Made by a program: the position numbers and the translations under genes. The notes beneath the pieces were generated by a model, which was not told where the DNA came from, did no database searches, and saw only the letters and a list, made by a program, of their open reading frames with translations. A stretch of 63,666 bases of DNA, the filler included, from Lenisia limosa (lineage: Eukaryota > Protista > Breviatea): the NCBI GenBank assembly GCA_001655205.1. It is 15 parts of 15 records of this genome, joined end to end, with 100 filler letters (N's around TTAATTAATTAA, not from the genome) between each part and the next. Parts side by side here need not be neighbours in the genome. Positions count along the whole stretch, not along the records: positions 1 to 8,616 come from LPNZ01006817.1; positions 8,717 to 13,620 come from LPNZ01000953.1; 13 more parts are not named here. The stretch is one strand, 5' to 3'. Positions 1 through 12,130 of the stretch are shown here, piece after piece (the stretch's first letter is position 1; each line of letters begins with the position of its first letter).

Positions 1-479
1 GTACCACGGCACGGCACTGGGGTGTTTTAGGCCGGAGTCGACAAAGCGCATTCCGTTGACAAAGACACTCGCAGGTAGCTTCGGGTTTGATGAAACTGTG
101 GTGTTATTTGACGAAGACACTAGTAGTCTGTTGATTACTTCAAAATTTAAATAGAACACAGACGTTTTATATTTAATCCTGATTTAATCTGCTACCATTT
201 CAAGAGTAGTTTCGAATTTGATGAAACTGTGGTGTTATTTTTGGAGGTATGGTTGTGATATGTTTTTATTTTTGAGGTATGGCCAATAGTATATGATAAA
301 CTGCTATGGCGATATAGAAGGGTATAATGCGCACTGTTAAGGCGTTATTCAGTGTACATATATACATGTATATATGTAGTATGGGTACTGTGTTTTACTA
401 TGGGACTGTCCAGTGTTCGGATTATTATGCGGTTTTGTTGTTATTTCGCAAATATGGGAACGGCTAAGGAGCCGAACTA

Positions 480-691
480 AGGGACCGTTCGTGTACATAG
501 ATTTTACGTAAATTCACGTAAAATTTTTAAGTTACTAAAATTGGAGTTAATAAAATTCTAATTTATGTTTTTACCTACCTTAAAAATTCGTAAATTTGCG
601 TGATTACGTTTTGAATTTTTTGGGAACCCCAATGAGAACTTTAAATTTTTTTCGTAAATTTACATACAATTCGTGTATCTGAGCGGTCCCT
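480..691. mobile_element. MITE with ~55-bp imperfect TIRs (AGGGACCG..CGGTCCCT), PIF/Harbinger-like or TA-TSD type
   Basis: Left agggaccgttcgtgtacatagattttacgtaaattcacgtaaaatttttaag versus right-end reverse complement agggaccgctcagatacacgaattgtatgtaaatttacgaaaaaaatttaaag. Flanked by TA/TA (or TAA/TTA if the element starts at GGG). Confidence 0.7.
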
Positions 692-1038
692 TAGTAAAAC
701 ACAACCCTCTTCCCCTCTCACAACCAAAGCAAAAGTGGCTAATCTCCTCTAGTTCGTTATTGAGAGCATGGTAGGAGAACAACGTATCCACCGTCTAAAG
801 TATCAACCTTCTTCCGTTGAAGTCATGCAGCAGTGTTTAGAGCCATGTCCACTCGTGATATGATCAATGATATACTACTTTCGAGTCAAAATGATGATGA
901 AGAGAGAATTATCAGTCAATTATCAGATAAGTAGCGTTCACTCGTATGAAAATGCTCCAAATAAAGTGATATGATGATAGGTCACCAAATTGGTTCCAAA
1001 AAAAATTACCTCGAAAAACACGAGGACGTTCACTCACC

Positions 1039-3351
1039 TGAAGGGCCAAATGGTAGCAGCCAAGGTTGGACTGCAGGAAGGCAAGTATAAACACCGCTCG
1101 GCCTGGGGATGGGGGGGGGGTCAGCTTTTATATCAGGATTAATCTTGCCCTCTAACAAACCCAATAACCTTGTTGAGTCCCCCTTTCTTAATCAATGGCC
1201 AGATATATGCAAAACCAGTAAATTCGGTTTGTATAATAATAATAAAAAACTATCAGCAAGACTGTTTGTACCAGAGAGACACCCACAAACAGGCAGCAGG
1301 AGCTATTTTGTTGCCTCTTAGGAACTGCTTGACTTGGGGGGAGGAGGGAGGCGACAAGATGGCTTGCATAATAGGCTCAGCGGTTCGATATAATCTGGGG
1401 GTGAATGGGGTGAGTAATCCATTGAAACTAAGATCATAGATATCTAAGTGAGAGGTGGGGGAAATACTCGAGGGAGAGGTACGGTTTCACTTTTGAAAGG
1501 ATCGATAAAACGAAAACGCTCGATAAAAATATGAGTAGGGCTTCACTTCAATTCGAAAAAGACCGATAGTTTTCGACGATAAATTCAGCCTTTTTTCGAA
1601 CCGACGTAAAGCCCTGAATATGAGGGCTTCACTTTGGTCCAGCAAACACCGACATACTACTCTCGATGTACCTAAAGCCACATGTCCTGCCTGCCTACTC
1701 CAGAGCTTCATGGAATTTGTAGTTTTCAGCAGCACAAACAGTTGCAATGGCCAAGAGAAGGAAATCCTCAGACTGAAGAGTAAGAAAAATGAACAGAAAA
1801 TTAGATACGAAGTTCTTTAACAGAAAATTCGATTTCGATCAAAGCCCGTAACACAACGAAACGATTTTACCTTCAGTACATCAATCCTCAATAGCCTACA
1901 GGAGAGCGCTTCGACTTAAACGCGAGATCCCTGTCGAACTTCATTTTGACAAGTGGTGACATACTGTCATTGGCGAAGTCTGAGAAATTACATGGGGGAT
2001 GGGGGAAGGGGTATTGTTTTAGTATCAGAACGAAGCCGTCCACATTTGCAGAGAGTACCACATAAATATTTTTATAGGGGATATTGAATCGAGTAATACC
2101 CACACACCAATACAGAGCGCTATATCACTTGCGTTTTGCCTTCCTGCAAGTATGCTAAAATGTCAGCAGGAGAAAATCTTTCTTTTGTGGTAGGTCAATG
2201 ATCAGACTAAGGAAAATAACTATTTCAGATTAATAAATTCAGAAAATTTGGAATACAAGTGCCTGAAACGGATTTCTGGTGTAAGTTCAAATTATTGCTC
2301 ATTCATATGTGAGTAGGTTCGCTTGTTAACAAAATGAAACGTTTGAAGCAAATGCTACCACGAAGCCGCCAACCTTGGGACAAGTTCCTTTGCGCATGAA
2401 GCTTCAATGAGATCCAGAGGGTTGCAGAACTCTGTTGAGAGGGGGGTGTGGGTTGGCGGCGGCGGTGGTAACGGGATTTCTGCGGGTTTAAGAAACAAAT
2501 AGACACCTTGCCTCAACAACCATCCTATTCAAAAAAATAGGATACTCCGGTAAAATTCTTAGAATTGCAAATGTCAAGAACAATCCAAAAAAAAGCCTTT
2601 TTCTTTGAGACTGGTGGGTTAAAAGGTTCCATCCATGGCTCTCAAGAAAGCAAGACAGTACAGGACGACGTAGATTAAGATATGGAGGATTCGAATGTTT
2701 ACAAAACCCAAGAGATTTGCGCATACCTTGAAGATGATCGTCAATGATACGAGGGCGCTTGGGGGGAGGGACAAAGGAAAACGTTTGTACGTGGCTTGCG
2801 CTATCTGGAGAACCGGGTTCGTCTGTGGGGTGAGAAATATGCTGGGATCTCTGGTGTGTGGAGGGACCAAACTTACATAATATATATGAGATCATGTAAA
2901 TGTGTGAGCATTTATTTACTATGCTTATGTGTATCATATCATCTTAGTATATTTAAGACTATCAGATAATAATAGCACATCATATTCATGGATTACGACC
3001 ATCATACGCAATAGATTCATGGATTATCCCTGGTATGGACAGCAGCCCCACAAACACTCTTCCACAAGGTGATCATCATCCTCATCCTCCTCCTCCTCTT
3101 CTTCTTCAATCGGTTCTTCCTTCTCAAAACGTTCTGAAACGCCTTGGTTGTGCTGGCGAACTGCAAGGGTGAGAAACAAGATGCTGTTCTCCTTTTTGCA
3201 AATTCTGGTTTCCTCTTGATATGGCTTTCAACAGATTGTCCCATGAATGTACCAGACTCACTTCTGTTAGTTATTGCGATTGTTAGGGTCTTAGAGCGCT
3301 TCAATGCGTGTTTTTTAGGTCCTGATGGGCGAGGATGCAGGAAGATGCACT
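1039..3351 (-). CDS. Multi-exon uncharacterised protein, partial; acidic tract and one TPR-like exon
   Basis: GT-AG-bounded pieces: ECIFLHPRPSGPKKHALKRSKTLTIAITNR, RQHNQGVSERFEKEEPIEEEEEEEDEDDDHLVE, FCNPLDLIEASCAKELVP, DFANDSMSPLVKMKFDRDLAFKSKRSP, SEDFLLLAIATVCAAENYKFHEAL, SNLGCYHLALQ. That they form one gene is inferred. Confidence 0.45.
1536..1616. mobile_element. hAT MITE family A
   Basis: TIRs TAGGGCTTCACTTC..GTAAAGCCCTG; perfect 8-bp TSD AATATGAG at 1528-1535 and 1617-1624. Confidence 0.9.
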
Positions 3352-3360
3352 CTAATTGGT

Positions 3361-3454
3361 GAGGGAGGGGAGTAAAATTGGAAAATTTATGAAATAAAAC
3401 AAACCCAAATCAACTCTGTTGGCTAAAAATACAAGGGTTGATAACAACAAAACA
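3361..3454 (-). repeat. 3'-intron-end repeat family (copy 1)
   Basis: Minus strand tgttttgttgttatcaacccttg..agccaacagagttgatttggg..cataaattttccaattttactcccctccc, 9 nt before an AG (3352-3353). Confidence 0.85.
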
Positions 3455-3508
3455 NNNNNNNNNNNNNNNNNNNNNNNNNNNNNNNNNNNNNNNNNNNNTA
3501 TTAAGAAT

Positions 3509-3608
3509 TAGGACTTCACTTCGGTTCAAAAAAATATTGAATTTCTCGATAAATCCTCGAAAACTATCGTGTGTTTACCGGTCTTTTTCGAACCGAAGTG
3601 AAGCCCTA
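3509..3608. mobile_element. hAT MITE family A
   Basis: TAGGACTTCACTTCGGTTC..GAACCGAAGTGAAGCCCTA; degenerate TSD TTAAGAAT/CTAAGAGA. Confidence 0.85.
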
Positions 3609-4094
3609 CTAAGAGACAAGTCCGCTCGCAAGTGTGTATGGTTGAGCTGATTACAATTTCAGAGGGGTGTCGCTGTGCGGTTGTATGACAATTTTTATGT
3701 GGTATGATGCCTAATGTATTTATAATACGATGATGTGTACCAATATCTTTCTTCATATCATATGTACTTCTTTTAATAAATACACTTTCTGATTGTATCA
3801 AAAGAAGGTAAAATGCAGTTTTACTGCTCTGATAGAATAATATAATTAAGTCTTGACCGACTTTTCAACCGGGAGTTCCATCTTTCAAGACTTACCACCA
3901 TAGTCCTACCCTTAGATTTGTTTTTCATTTAATGTAATTCATATATTATATCAAATATGTTTTGTATGTATACATGTCTGTATGATTCACTTTCTCCCAC
4001 TCACCTTGGTCATGAGCGCCGCAATTGGTGCACAGCGGATAACCCTGGAATATGACTCTTGGAGTGTTTCGCTTTGTGCTTCTATAGCTATATA

Positions 4095-4173
4095 CAGTGA
4101 TCGGGATAAGTCTTGACCGATTTGCTATATGATTTCCCCAAGGAAAATCGGTCACGACTTATCCCGGTCAGTG
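4095..4173. mobile_element. Tc1/pogo-type MITE (CAGTGACCG family)
   Basis: Near-perfect hairpin CAGTGATCGGGATAAGTCTTGACCGATTT..AAATCGGTCACGACTTATCCCGGTCAGTG, flanked by TA on both sides. Confidence 0.85.
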
Positions 4174-4780
4174 TATACTATATGATAAAAATAAAAACAG
4201 AACATTAAGACAACTTACTTACCCAATACCCTCGTCCTCTTTTCACTCAATATCCCTAACTCTCCGTCACTCACTTTGCAAAGAAGCTTGCTCTTGCGGC
4301 ATCTTTGACATGCCACCTTCTGGTGACGAAAACTTTGTTCAACCTACATAATTGTCACAATTTATATCATATTCATATATATGATTAAGAGTTATGGCAA
4401 CTGGTCATCACAAAGTGTACTATTAATCGAATACATCTCGTCACACTTGTTGGTTCATTTTCACACGTGTGAACAATTATTTTCCCCACTTGTGATATGA
4501 TACCTCATATCCACTCGTACGATAATTGACAGATAAGTCTCAATGATACTCTGGTACACTCGGGATGAATCCTCGTGTTATCTTCGTTCATCATTTCGCC
4601 TCGAAAGTAGGACATATGATCATATCACCAGTGGATATAACATTTGCTCAAATGCCATATCGTATGTATTTGCAGTGACCGCGGCTAGTCTTAACCAACA
4701 GATTTAAATGTTAGGCAACCTCCCCCCACTATCGTTGGCTCCCCCCACAATACCCCCCAACTCAATTATGGCCATACACC

Positions 4781-4857
4781 TAGGGCTTCACTTCGGTTCG
4801 AAAAAGATTGAATTTCTCTCCATAACTATCGATATTTCAAATCCAAGTGAAGCCCTA
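4781..4857. mobile_element. hAT MITE family A
   Basis: TAGGGCTTCACTT..AAGTGAAGCCCTA; TSD CATACACC/GATACACC (7/8). Confidence 0.9.
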
Positions 4858-6278
4858 GATACACCCAAAGTCCCCATATACCGGCTTGTCTAAAAATGAG
4901 GCGGCTCTTTAAAAAAACGTCTGTAGTTGCAAAAATGAACCTTTTATTTTGTTCATAAAAATACCGCTTTATCACTTTTTGTTTTCGAGACCCGTACCTC
5001 AATCTTAGTCCGGCCGCGCGCACGGCCTCGACCGATAATCCCGGCCTTTTCGTTGGCTCGNNNNNNNNNNNNNNNNNNNNNNNNNNNNNNNNNNNNNNNN
5101 NNNNNNNNNNNNNNNNNNNNNNNNNNNNNNNNNNNNNNNNNNNNNNNNNNNNNNNNNNNNNNNNNNNNNNNNNNNNNNNNNNTTCAGAAACAGACTTGTT
5201 TGACACAATATAACATATCAAGCAATCAACTAAGCACTTGTGCGTGTTCTATAACCTACACCGGGTAGGATTAAAGACCAATTGAAGTAGCCCCCTTCCC
5301 ATAACTTCCCATCCAATATATATGAATGATGAAAGAAGAGATGATCAAACCTCTACAAAAAGCTGTAAGCCTCGGAGTTGGAAAGGGTAGGGCGGAATTC
5401 CAGGCGGGTTCTTCTTGNNNNNNNNNNNNNNNNNNNNNNNNNNNNNNNNNNNNNNNNNNNNNNNNNNNNNNNNNNNNNNNNNNNNNNNNNNGAGCTCTTC
5501 GTCGTCAACTGACTTGAACTCCACCATTCTGCAGTGATCTGCTGCTGTAATTCGCTTATTCGGATTGAATACGTCAATATAAGGATGATATTGCTCGTTA
5601 GAGCGTCGCTACAAAGCAAACCTGGACAATGGAATGAGTCGTTTTGCTTGAGGCAAGCTCTTTAGCAGAAATGCTTAGGGCTGAATTTAAATATAATAAT
5701 TTTGCTATCAGTTTAAAGGGATGCAAGCTGAATCTGAGCTGGGATGCAAGAACCAATCCAAGTAATGTTGTCTCGGATGGAATTTAACTTTTTAACATTG
5801 ACTGGTGTTGACAAATAGCTCCAAATACCATCAACAAACGCCTTCCCCCACTATTTTCCAAACCCTAATCAAGGGATTCGCGAGACACACGCGCTTAAGC
5901 TTGAAGAAAAGACGGACAAAAAGTCAAGTGGCCGCTTTTGGTCCGTTCATGGGCTTGGTTAGAGGAAATTTTCCGACAATTCTCCGCTACTTTGTAGAAT
6001 CAAATGTTCCCCGGGCCACCCAGGCGTCAAAGCTATCCAAGCATCAAAAAGTAATATCAGCTACGAAAAATACTTGAGAATATTGGAAGAATATAGCCCA
6101 GATTTAAATCCCAATATCAATATCACCCAACCAAGCACCAAACCTGCATAACACAATGATTCAAAACAGATTGTTAACCAGAGTGAGCGATAAAAAACTG
6201 TTACATATGACTCACTACAGGACTACGATACATGGTTGAAGAAACAATTCTAAAAAATACCTACACTACTAGCACACC

Positions 6279-8579
6279 GTCTCTCGCATGATCGACCCTG
6301 ATCCCAGCACCATATTGATGAGCATATTGAAGAACATGAGGATTATGGCCACCATGGCTGGGAAGAACTTGGCGTGTCGATGCTCCCACGCCTGTGGAGA
6401 TGGGTTAACTTCATTTGATAGATGACTTTGATATGCGAAGCCGTCCACTCCATAGAGCTAATAAGAGATTCTCGTTTTATTAATTATTCTCCATCAAAGC
6501 GAAGGTTTTTGAAAGAGTGCACAGACACGAGATAGAACTACGCGCGAGTTGAAATTACAAAATAATGAATAGTATTATTGTTAAAGGCTTATACTGACTA
6601 TGACAATAGCCCCCCCCCCCTCCTTCCCACCTCAATTGTGTTAATGCCACAGAAGTTATCGCCAAAGAAGCAGATGATGTCTGTCACCAAAAGGATGCCG
6701 AGTTGAATACCGACGGCTGAACGTCAGCTCAATGGAATTCATATATATATATATACAGTGAACAGGGTAAGTCATTTCCCAAGGAAAATAGGTCAACACT
6801 ATCCCAGTCACTGTATCATATGGGTAACACATCACAATTATCAATGTTGCAAAACCCCCATACTAATAGCAGAAAATAAGAACGTTGGGGGGTCACCATC
6901 CACTGCAAAACCGGTCGCATTAGCCAGAACACCGCCAGCAATGGTACCTTCGAATGTGAACCGAGTTCAAAGATTATTCACGTCATTATTTCATATGCTA
7001 CGCAATAACACACAACACCCAATAAGAGGGTACATATGTGGCCGTTCAAAATTCTGGTATTTTTGGTAATTCTGGTTTTTTTTCTTGTTTTTGAATTGTA
7101 GTATTTTTTTTTGATCCAGTATATCTCCTTAGAATTCCTATTCAACAAATAGCCTAAGTTTAAAATTTGGGCTTCTTAGTGACATAACCAAGGCTGTGGC
7201 AAAAGCGGAATTTTCTTATTTGGCCTCCCAACAAACTCGCGACTTCGATAATGGTTCCGATAACAAGGTAATCCGCTCGAATTGAGAAGACCCGGATACG
7301 CCAAATGTCTCGACGAACAAACAGGAGCTAAACTGTCACAAAATCAGCAAACAGGAGCAAAATTGTCAAGGAATGAAAAAAGGGCCACAGTAAGGCAGGT
7401 TGAGATGAAACTGTTGAACTGTCCATAAAGAACCAATTTCCCTCCATGTCACATCGGTGGAGCCTCATTTAATATTCTTCATCAACATTTCCTTCGTTTT
7501 ACCCTGTCATAAACTGCCATACCCCCCGCACCTGGTCTCTCCAGACATAAGTCATCCGCATGAAGACGGTGATGGCTGCTGACGTCACCGACGTCAGGAC
7601 CACATAGTTCAGGTCCGAGAAGGAGGCAATCAAGAAACGGCCAAATAGTGACCTGTTGGGGGGGGGGGGGTAANNNNNNNNNNNNNNNNNNNNNNNNNNN
7701 NNNNNNNNNNNNNNNNNNNNNNNNNNNNNNNNNNNNNNNNNNNNNNNNNNNNNNNNNNNNNNNNNNNNNNNNNNNNNNNNNNNNNNNNNNNNNNNNNNNN
7801 NNNNNNNNNNNNNNNNCACTCCAGCGTACAAAACAAAACAAACAAAGCCCAGTGTGAAGACATTGTTTCTGTGGCGAGGGAGGCGGATACGATTTCGGAT
7901 TTCGAAACAAAGCCCTCAGATAAAACAGGGTAGCAAACAGAGAGGTGCGTGGGATGGGGTGGAGATATGGGAGAGCGTAATACAACGGATAATTTGTGAA
8001 ACAAAAAAAAATCAATAAAGAATACAAGAGGGATATAGGTGAGGAATCGCATTTTGAAGTAAGGAACATGCTTCCAAATGGCCAGTCCCCTCCCCCGTCT
8101 TACGAGAAGCAAATTGCGTTGATAACCAAAAATGCCTAAAGACAGTCACAGGGTGAAGAAATGAGAAAAGAGTCTTTATGGTGTATTCATTATGCGTGGT
8201 AATTAGGGCTTCACCTTGGTTCGAAAAACAAACTGAAATTCTTGATGAATCCTCGAAAACTGTCAATATTTCACTGATTTTTGTCGAACCAAAGTGAAGC
8301 CCAAGTGGGAATACTACAGAAATGTCCCCCTCCCGTCCAAAAACTTGCGCTGAATGATTCTGAACAACTTACACGATATCATTATACTATATCGATATAG
8401 ACAAATAAGCGTCTCTACTAAGCAATCATATTTGAGAGAATATTGCTATCTGTCGAAGATTTATCTAGGTTTCCGTCATATTTAAAAGAGAGTATCGGGG
8501 ACCCTGGCATTACCTGGGTATGCGGTGCGGCTCGTCTCAGTCGATACGCCATTGAGAGCACCATCCACTGCACAGCACC
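6279..8579 (-). CDS. Multi-pass membrane protein, multi-exon, partial
   Basis: Hydrophobic exons HVPYFKMRFLTYIPL, NNVFTLGFVCFVLYAGV, SLFGRFLIASFSDLNYVVLTSVTSAAITVFMRMTYVWRDQ, RRDIWRIRVFSIRADYLVIGTIIEVASLLGG, VGIQLGILLVTDIICFFGDNF, AWEHRHAKFFPAMVAIILMFFNMLINMVLGSGSIMRET, mostly with canonical splice sites. Confidence 0.6.
6756..6813. mobile_element. Tc1/pogo-type MITE (CAGTG family), internally deleted
   Basis: TA|CAGTGAACAGGGTAAGTC..CCCAGTCACTG|TA; shares the tttcccaaggaaaat core with 4095-4173. Confidence 0.75.
8204..8304. mobile_element. hAT MITE family A
   Basis: TAGGGCTTCACCTTGGTTCG..CGAACCAAAGTGAAGCCCAA; TSD GTGGTAAT/GTGGGAAT (7/8). Confidence 0.9.
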
Positions 8580-8581
8580 CT

Positions 8582-8616
8582 GGGGGGGGGGGTAAATTGG
8601 ACAAGTTATGAAACAA
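8582..8616 (-). repeat. 3'-intron-end repeat family (copy 2, truncated by scaffold end)
   Basis: Minus strand ttgtttcataacttgtccaatttaccccccccccc followed directly by AG and exon-like sequence. Confidence 0.7.
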
Positions 8617-8716
8617 NNNNNNNNNNNNNNNNNNNNNNNNNNNNNNNNNNNNNNNNNNNNTTAATTAATTAANNNNNNNNNNNNNNNNNNNNNNNNNNNN
8701 NNNNNNNNNNNNNNNN
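8617..8716. other. Artificial scaffold linker (first of 14)
   Basis: 44 N + TTAATTAATTAA (stops in all six frames) + 44 N. The 12-mer starts at 8661, 13665, 19508, 28223, 34165, 35549, 36978, 40955, 50545, 52662, 54009, 56938, 60675 and 62389, splitting the window into 15 independent scaffolds. Confidence 0.97.
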
Positions 8717-8789
8717 GGATGGCTTTGGCCAAATTTGTTCCAGTTCTATGTTATTTTTGTGGTCCCTTAAAGTATGTTTCATTGTCTAG

Positions 8790-11665
8790 AATGGACCCGC
8801 CGCAGGAGCCGGACAACTTTGTTCACCGCGTGGGCCGCACGGCTCGGATGGGCAGAAGGGGCAAGGCTATTGTCTACCTTCTTCCTGGAGAGGATATGTA
8901 CATAAGTTTGTGGACTTTTTGACAATTTCGTTAATTCTTTTCATACGTTAACTTTTGATAAATCCACAATATACGATAAAACCGGAGTTTGTCCTTGATG
9001 ATGTCTAATTCAACAGTAAAATTTACTATAGCATTTTGATCTACAGCTCCGCGTCACCTCTTCAGACCTTCTTGAAGTCAAGCATGTGCCCATTCACCAA
9101 ACTGTGCCTCCAATGTTCCAACCAACTGAGATTGCTCCCAATGTTGGCTCATATGGATTATTTTCTGATATGTATGTATTATATGTAGCTTTGGATGTTT
9201 TTTTTTTATTATTTGTTTTGCTGCTTGATTCAAAAAGCGTCCACAGTTCACCACAAGCAAACTCTAAAATATACCCATAAGTAAAAGACATATTTCAATT
9301 ATCCACAGAGTACTGACATTTTAAGGTCAGCGTTGCCCATAAACTGGAGCACTACTCGTGGGAGGACCGTGTGCTTGTTACTGGTAGCAAAGAGTTGGAG
9401 ATGGCCGTTTCACAGCGCGAGGAGGAGGCAATGAAGGAGCTTGAGGAGGAGAATGGAGAGGTGGGTTTTGTGATGCTGGTATTATTATTCCGAATTACGT
9501 CATGTGCCTGACGACTGTAGGAAGTAGCACCTACACCTGCACCAACCAAGGTTAAGCATGCGTCTCAGCCTGATAACAACGGCATCATGGGTGGGCATCA
9601 ATATTGTAACTATAGATTCTGAAGTTTTCCACTTATTGGATTGGGGTCGAAGATGACTATGTTGCCTACTCTACTATCTTTTCAAATTCCTTTGCTCTTC
9701 TTATTGACATGGTGGACAGACATAAGGCTTTATTTTCTTTGAAATTATCGCTCATATTGATGTCCGAGCCCCTTTAAAGATGGGGTCCTAATTCCCCGTG
9801 ATGTTCACTGAGCCAGGTCATGAAAAAGCCTCAGTGTCCGAAGGTGTTTCCTTTGTCCCTGATCGCACCCCCGAAATACGCGATATCATCAAATCCGACC
9901 GCGACATTCTTGAAAAGGTTTGCTCCCGCTTAGGGGCTTATTCTGTTTACACCACTTACTTGCCTTATGTTTTCAACACAACTTACACTCATTATTACTC
10001 ATAACGATTCTCCTTTGCAACACAGATCCTTACAGTCATTATTACTCATAACGTTTCTCCGTTTTTTTTTTCTTTCCCCAATTCGCTCCCCTGTGTTGCA
10101 CAATGTCACAGCCAACAGAGTTGAGCTTTTTTTGTTTCAATTTTCCAGTTTTACTCCCCCCCCCCCCCNNNNNNNNNNNNNNNNNNNNNNNNNNNNNNNN
10201 NNNNNNNNNNNNNNNNNNNNNNNNNNNNNNNNNNNNNNNNNNNNNNNNNNNNNNNNNNNNNNNNNNNNNNNNNNACACCGCTGTAAATTTGTATTCAAAA
10301 GCAATGCACTCTCTCCGGCCGATGTGGTGTACTCTTTTGGCCTCCTTCACGTGGGTCGAGGGCTCTTTTGTTCATTGTTCCTCAGGACTGTTCACACTTG
10401 GATTGGATTGGATTGTTTTGAATCACCGTTCTTGTGGCTCCCGCCAGATACGCCATTTTATTTACCGTCTCGTGTCATGTGTTACATTTCCCTTACCCTT
10501 GCAGTTGCCTCGAATGCCTGAGACCAAGACTGCCAAATCCCTTTTCAACAATGACCCTATTCGCGACAGAGATATCCCGTTGGGGGGGGGGGGTACATGA
10601 CCTAAAGCAGCTGGAAATGCGTCACTTATGACAAGATATTTTTGAGACTGATTGATCTTCCACACCTCCAAAACTATCGATATTTAACCCTGTATTGTCG
10701 AATTTGGGCTAACACTGGCCTTCCAGATACCTGGACAAGACTCGGGAGGAAAGCCGTTTGCTGCGCCTCGAGAAGTTCGACGACGGCGCCGAGGAAAGGT
10801 CTGGGGGCATGGAATAAGGGGCTTTGTTTATCACTGCAGTATCACTGGCTTCATATTATTTGAACATATCAAATATGAACAAGAAATAGCAAATAATAAT
10901 CACCCACTGTATAATCGCAAGCCTTTGACGTTATAGGAATGCCATCAGCGCTCAGAGAAAAAAGGAAAAGGATGAGAGACTCAAAATCAACAATACTGCT
11001 TTTTCCAACGTAATCGATGGATGGTGGCATATGTAGCTCTTGTCATCATGCTATTGTGTTATTTGGGGAGGCATGCAGAAAGGTTTATGTCACCACCCCA
11101 GTCTGGTTGATTCTAATTTTCATAGAACAAAGCAGTGCGTGAGAAGAAATTGAACAGGAAGGAGAAAAACGAACTCAAGAGAGAGCGAATTGTACGCTGG
11201 GGGTTGGATCCTATTGTTACTGTTTTCATCATCCACCGCAATGTGTCTGCAATTAGTTTTCATCATCCACCGCAATGAGTCTGAAATTAGTTTTGCATTC
11301 TTGGGTATTCTGGCTTTATCTAGTCGATGAGGAACTCGTTATGTTTAAATAACTATATTCATTGAACAAAAGACACATTTGTTCTTTGCCCTTATCTTCC
11401 CCAAATTATCAGCATTGAAAGAAATCCTGACTCAGTTTAGCATGAGCGTGAGTGGAGGGAACGATTGGCAGCCAAGGAAGCGGCCAAAGACCTTGCTGAT
11501 TTGGAAGACGACTACCGTGAACTGAAGAAGAAGAAGAAGAAGAGGGGAAGACGAGACGATGATGTATGGGGGTTGCTGGAGTCTGATAATAGGGTGCTGT
11601 AAGGCTTGTATTCTTATCCTTACCTTTTCTGAACTTTGTAGCTGGATGACAACGAGCTCTTCTGA
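8790..11665 (+). CDS. DDX55: DEAD-box RNA helicase DDX55/Spb4, C-terminal half, multi-exon
   Basis: Motif VI exon [38 protein letters not shown], then [49 protein letters not shown]|[46 protein letters not shown]. This is the Spb4/DDX55 layout. Confidence 0.9.
10088..10168 (+). repeat. 3'-intron-end repeat family (copy 3) in a DDX55 intron
   Basis: cagccaacagagttgagctttttttgtttcaattttccagttttactccc(C)n, then a gap after which the DDX55 exon resumes. Confidence 0.85.
11222..11294. repeat. 34-bp intronic tandem duplication (x2)
   Basis: gttttcatcatccaccgcaatg(t/a)gtctg(c/a)aatta repeated twice. Confidence 0.9.
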
Positions 11666-12130
11666 GGCCCTTCCTGGTGTAAAATGGTAATTCATGGTGA
11701 TGTTGGTTTGATTTCAATAGAGATGTATGAGTAGGTTATTTCATGTGCTTTAGATTATGTGGTAGACCATTGGCATGAGAATTACTTGCAATCTTGCAAT
11801 ACAGTTTCAAATGTTCAAATGTAAAGAATTTGACCCTTGCTAGAGTACATATCATATGAACGTATACTTTATTTACCCTTCAAGACATATTAGATATGGG
11901 GAAGAGAAAATTGAAGAGATCATCACGATCATGTCTAGTTGATTTTCTTTTTCAAAAATTATTCACACCTTGTCTATTCTATTAGCGGAAACAGATATTA
12001 AAGCTCCCTCAAGTATAATATATAAATTAGAATAGGAAAGGAATCTCTTTTCTATTACGTCCCCCTGCTTCCAACCAGCTACATCGTCAGCAGATGGGTA
12101 TTAACCCTTAATTCATTGTTATAAGTTGCT

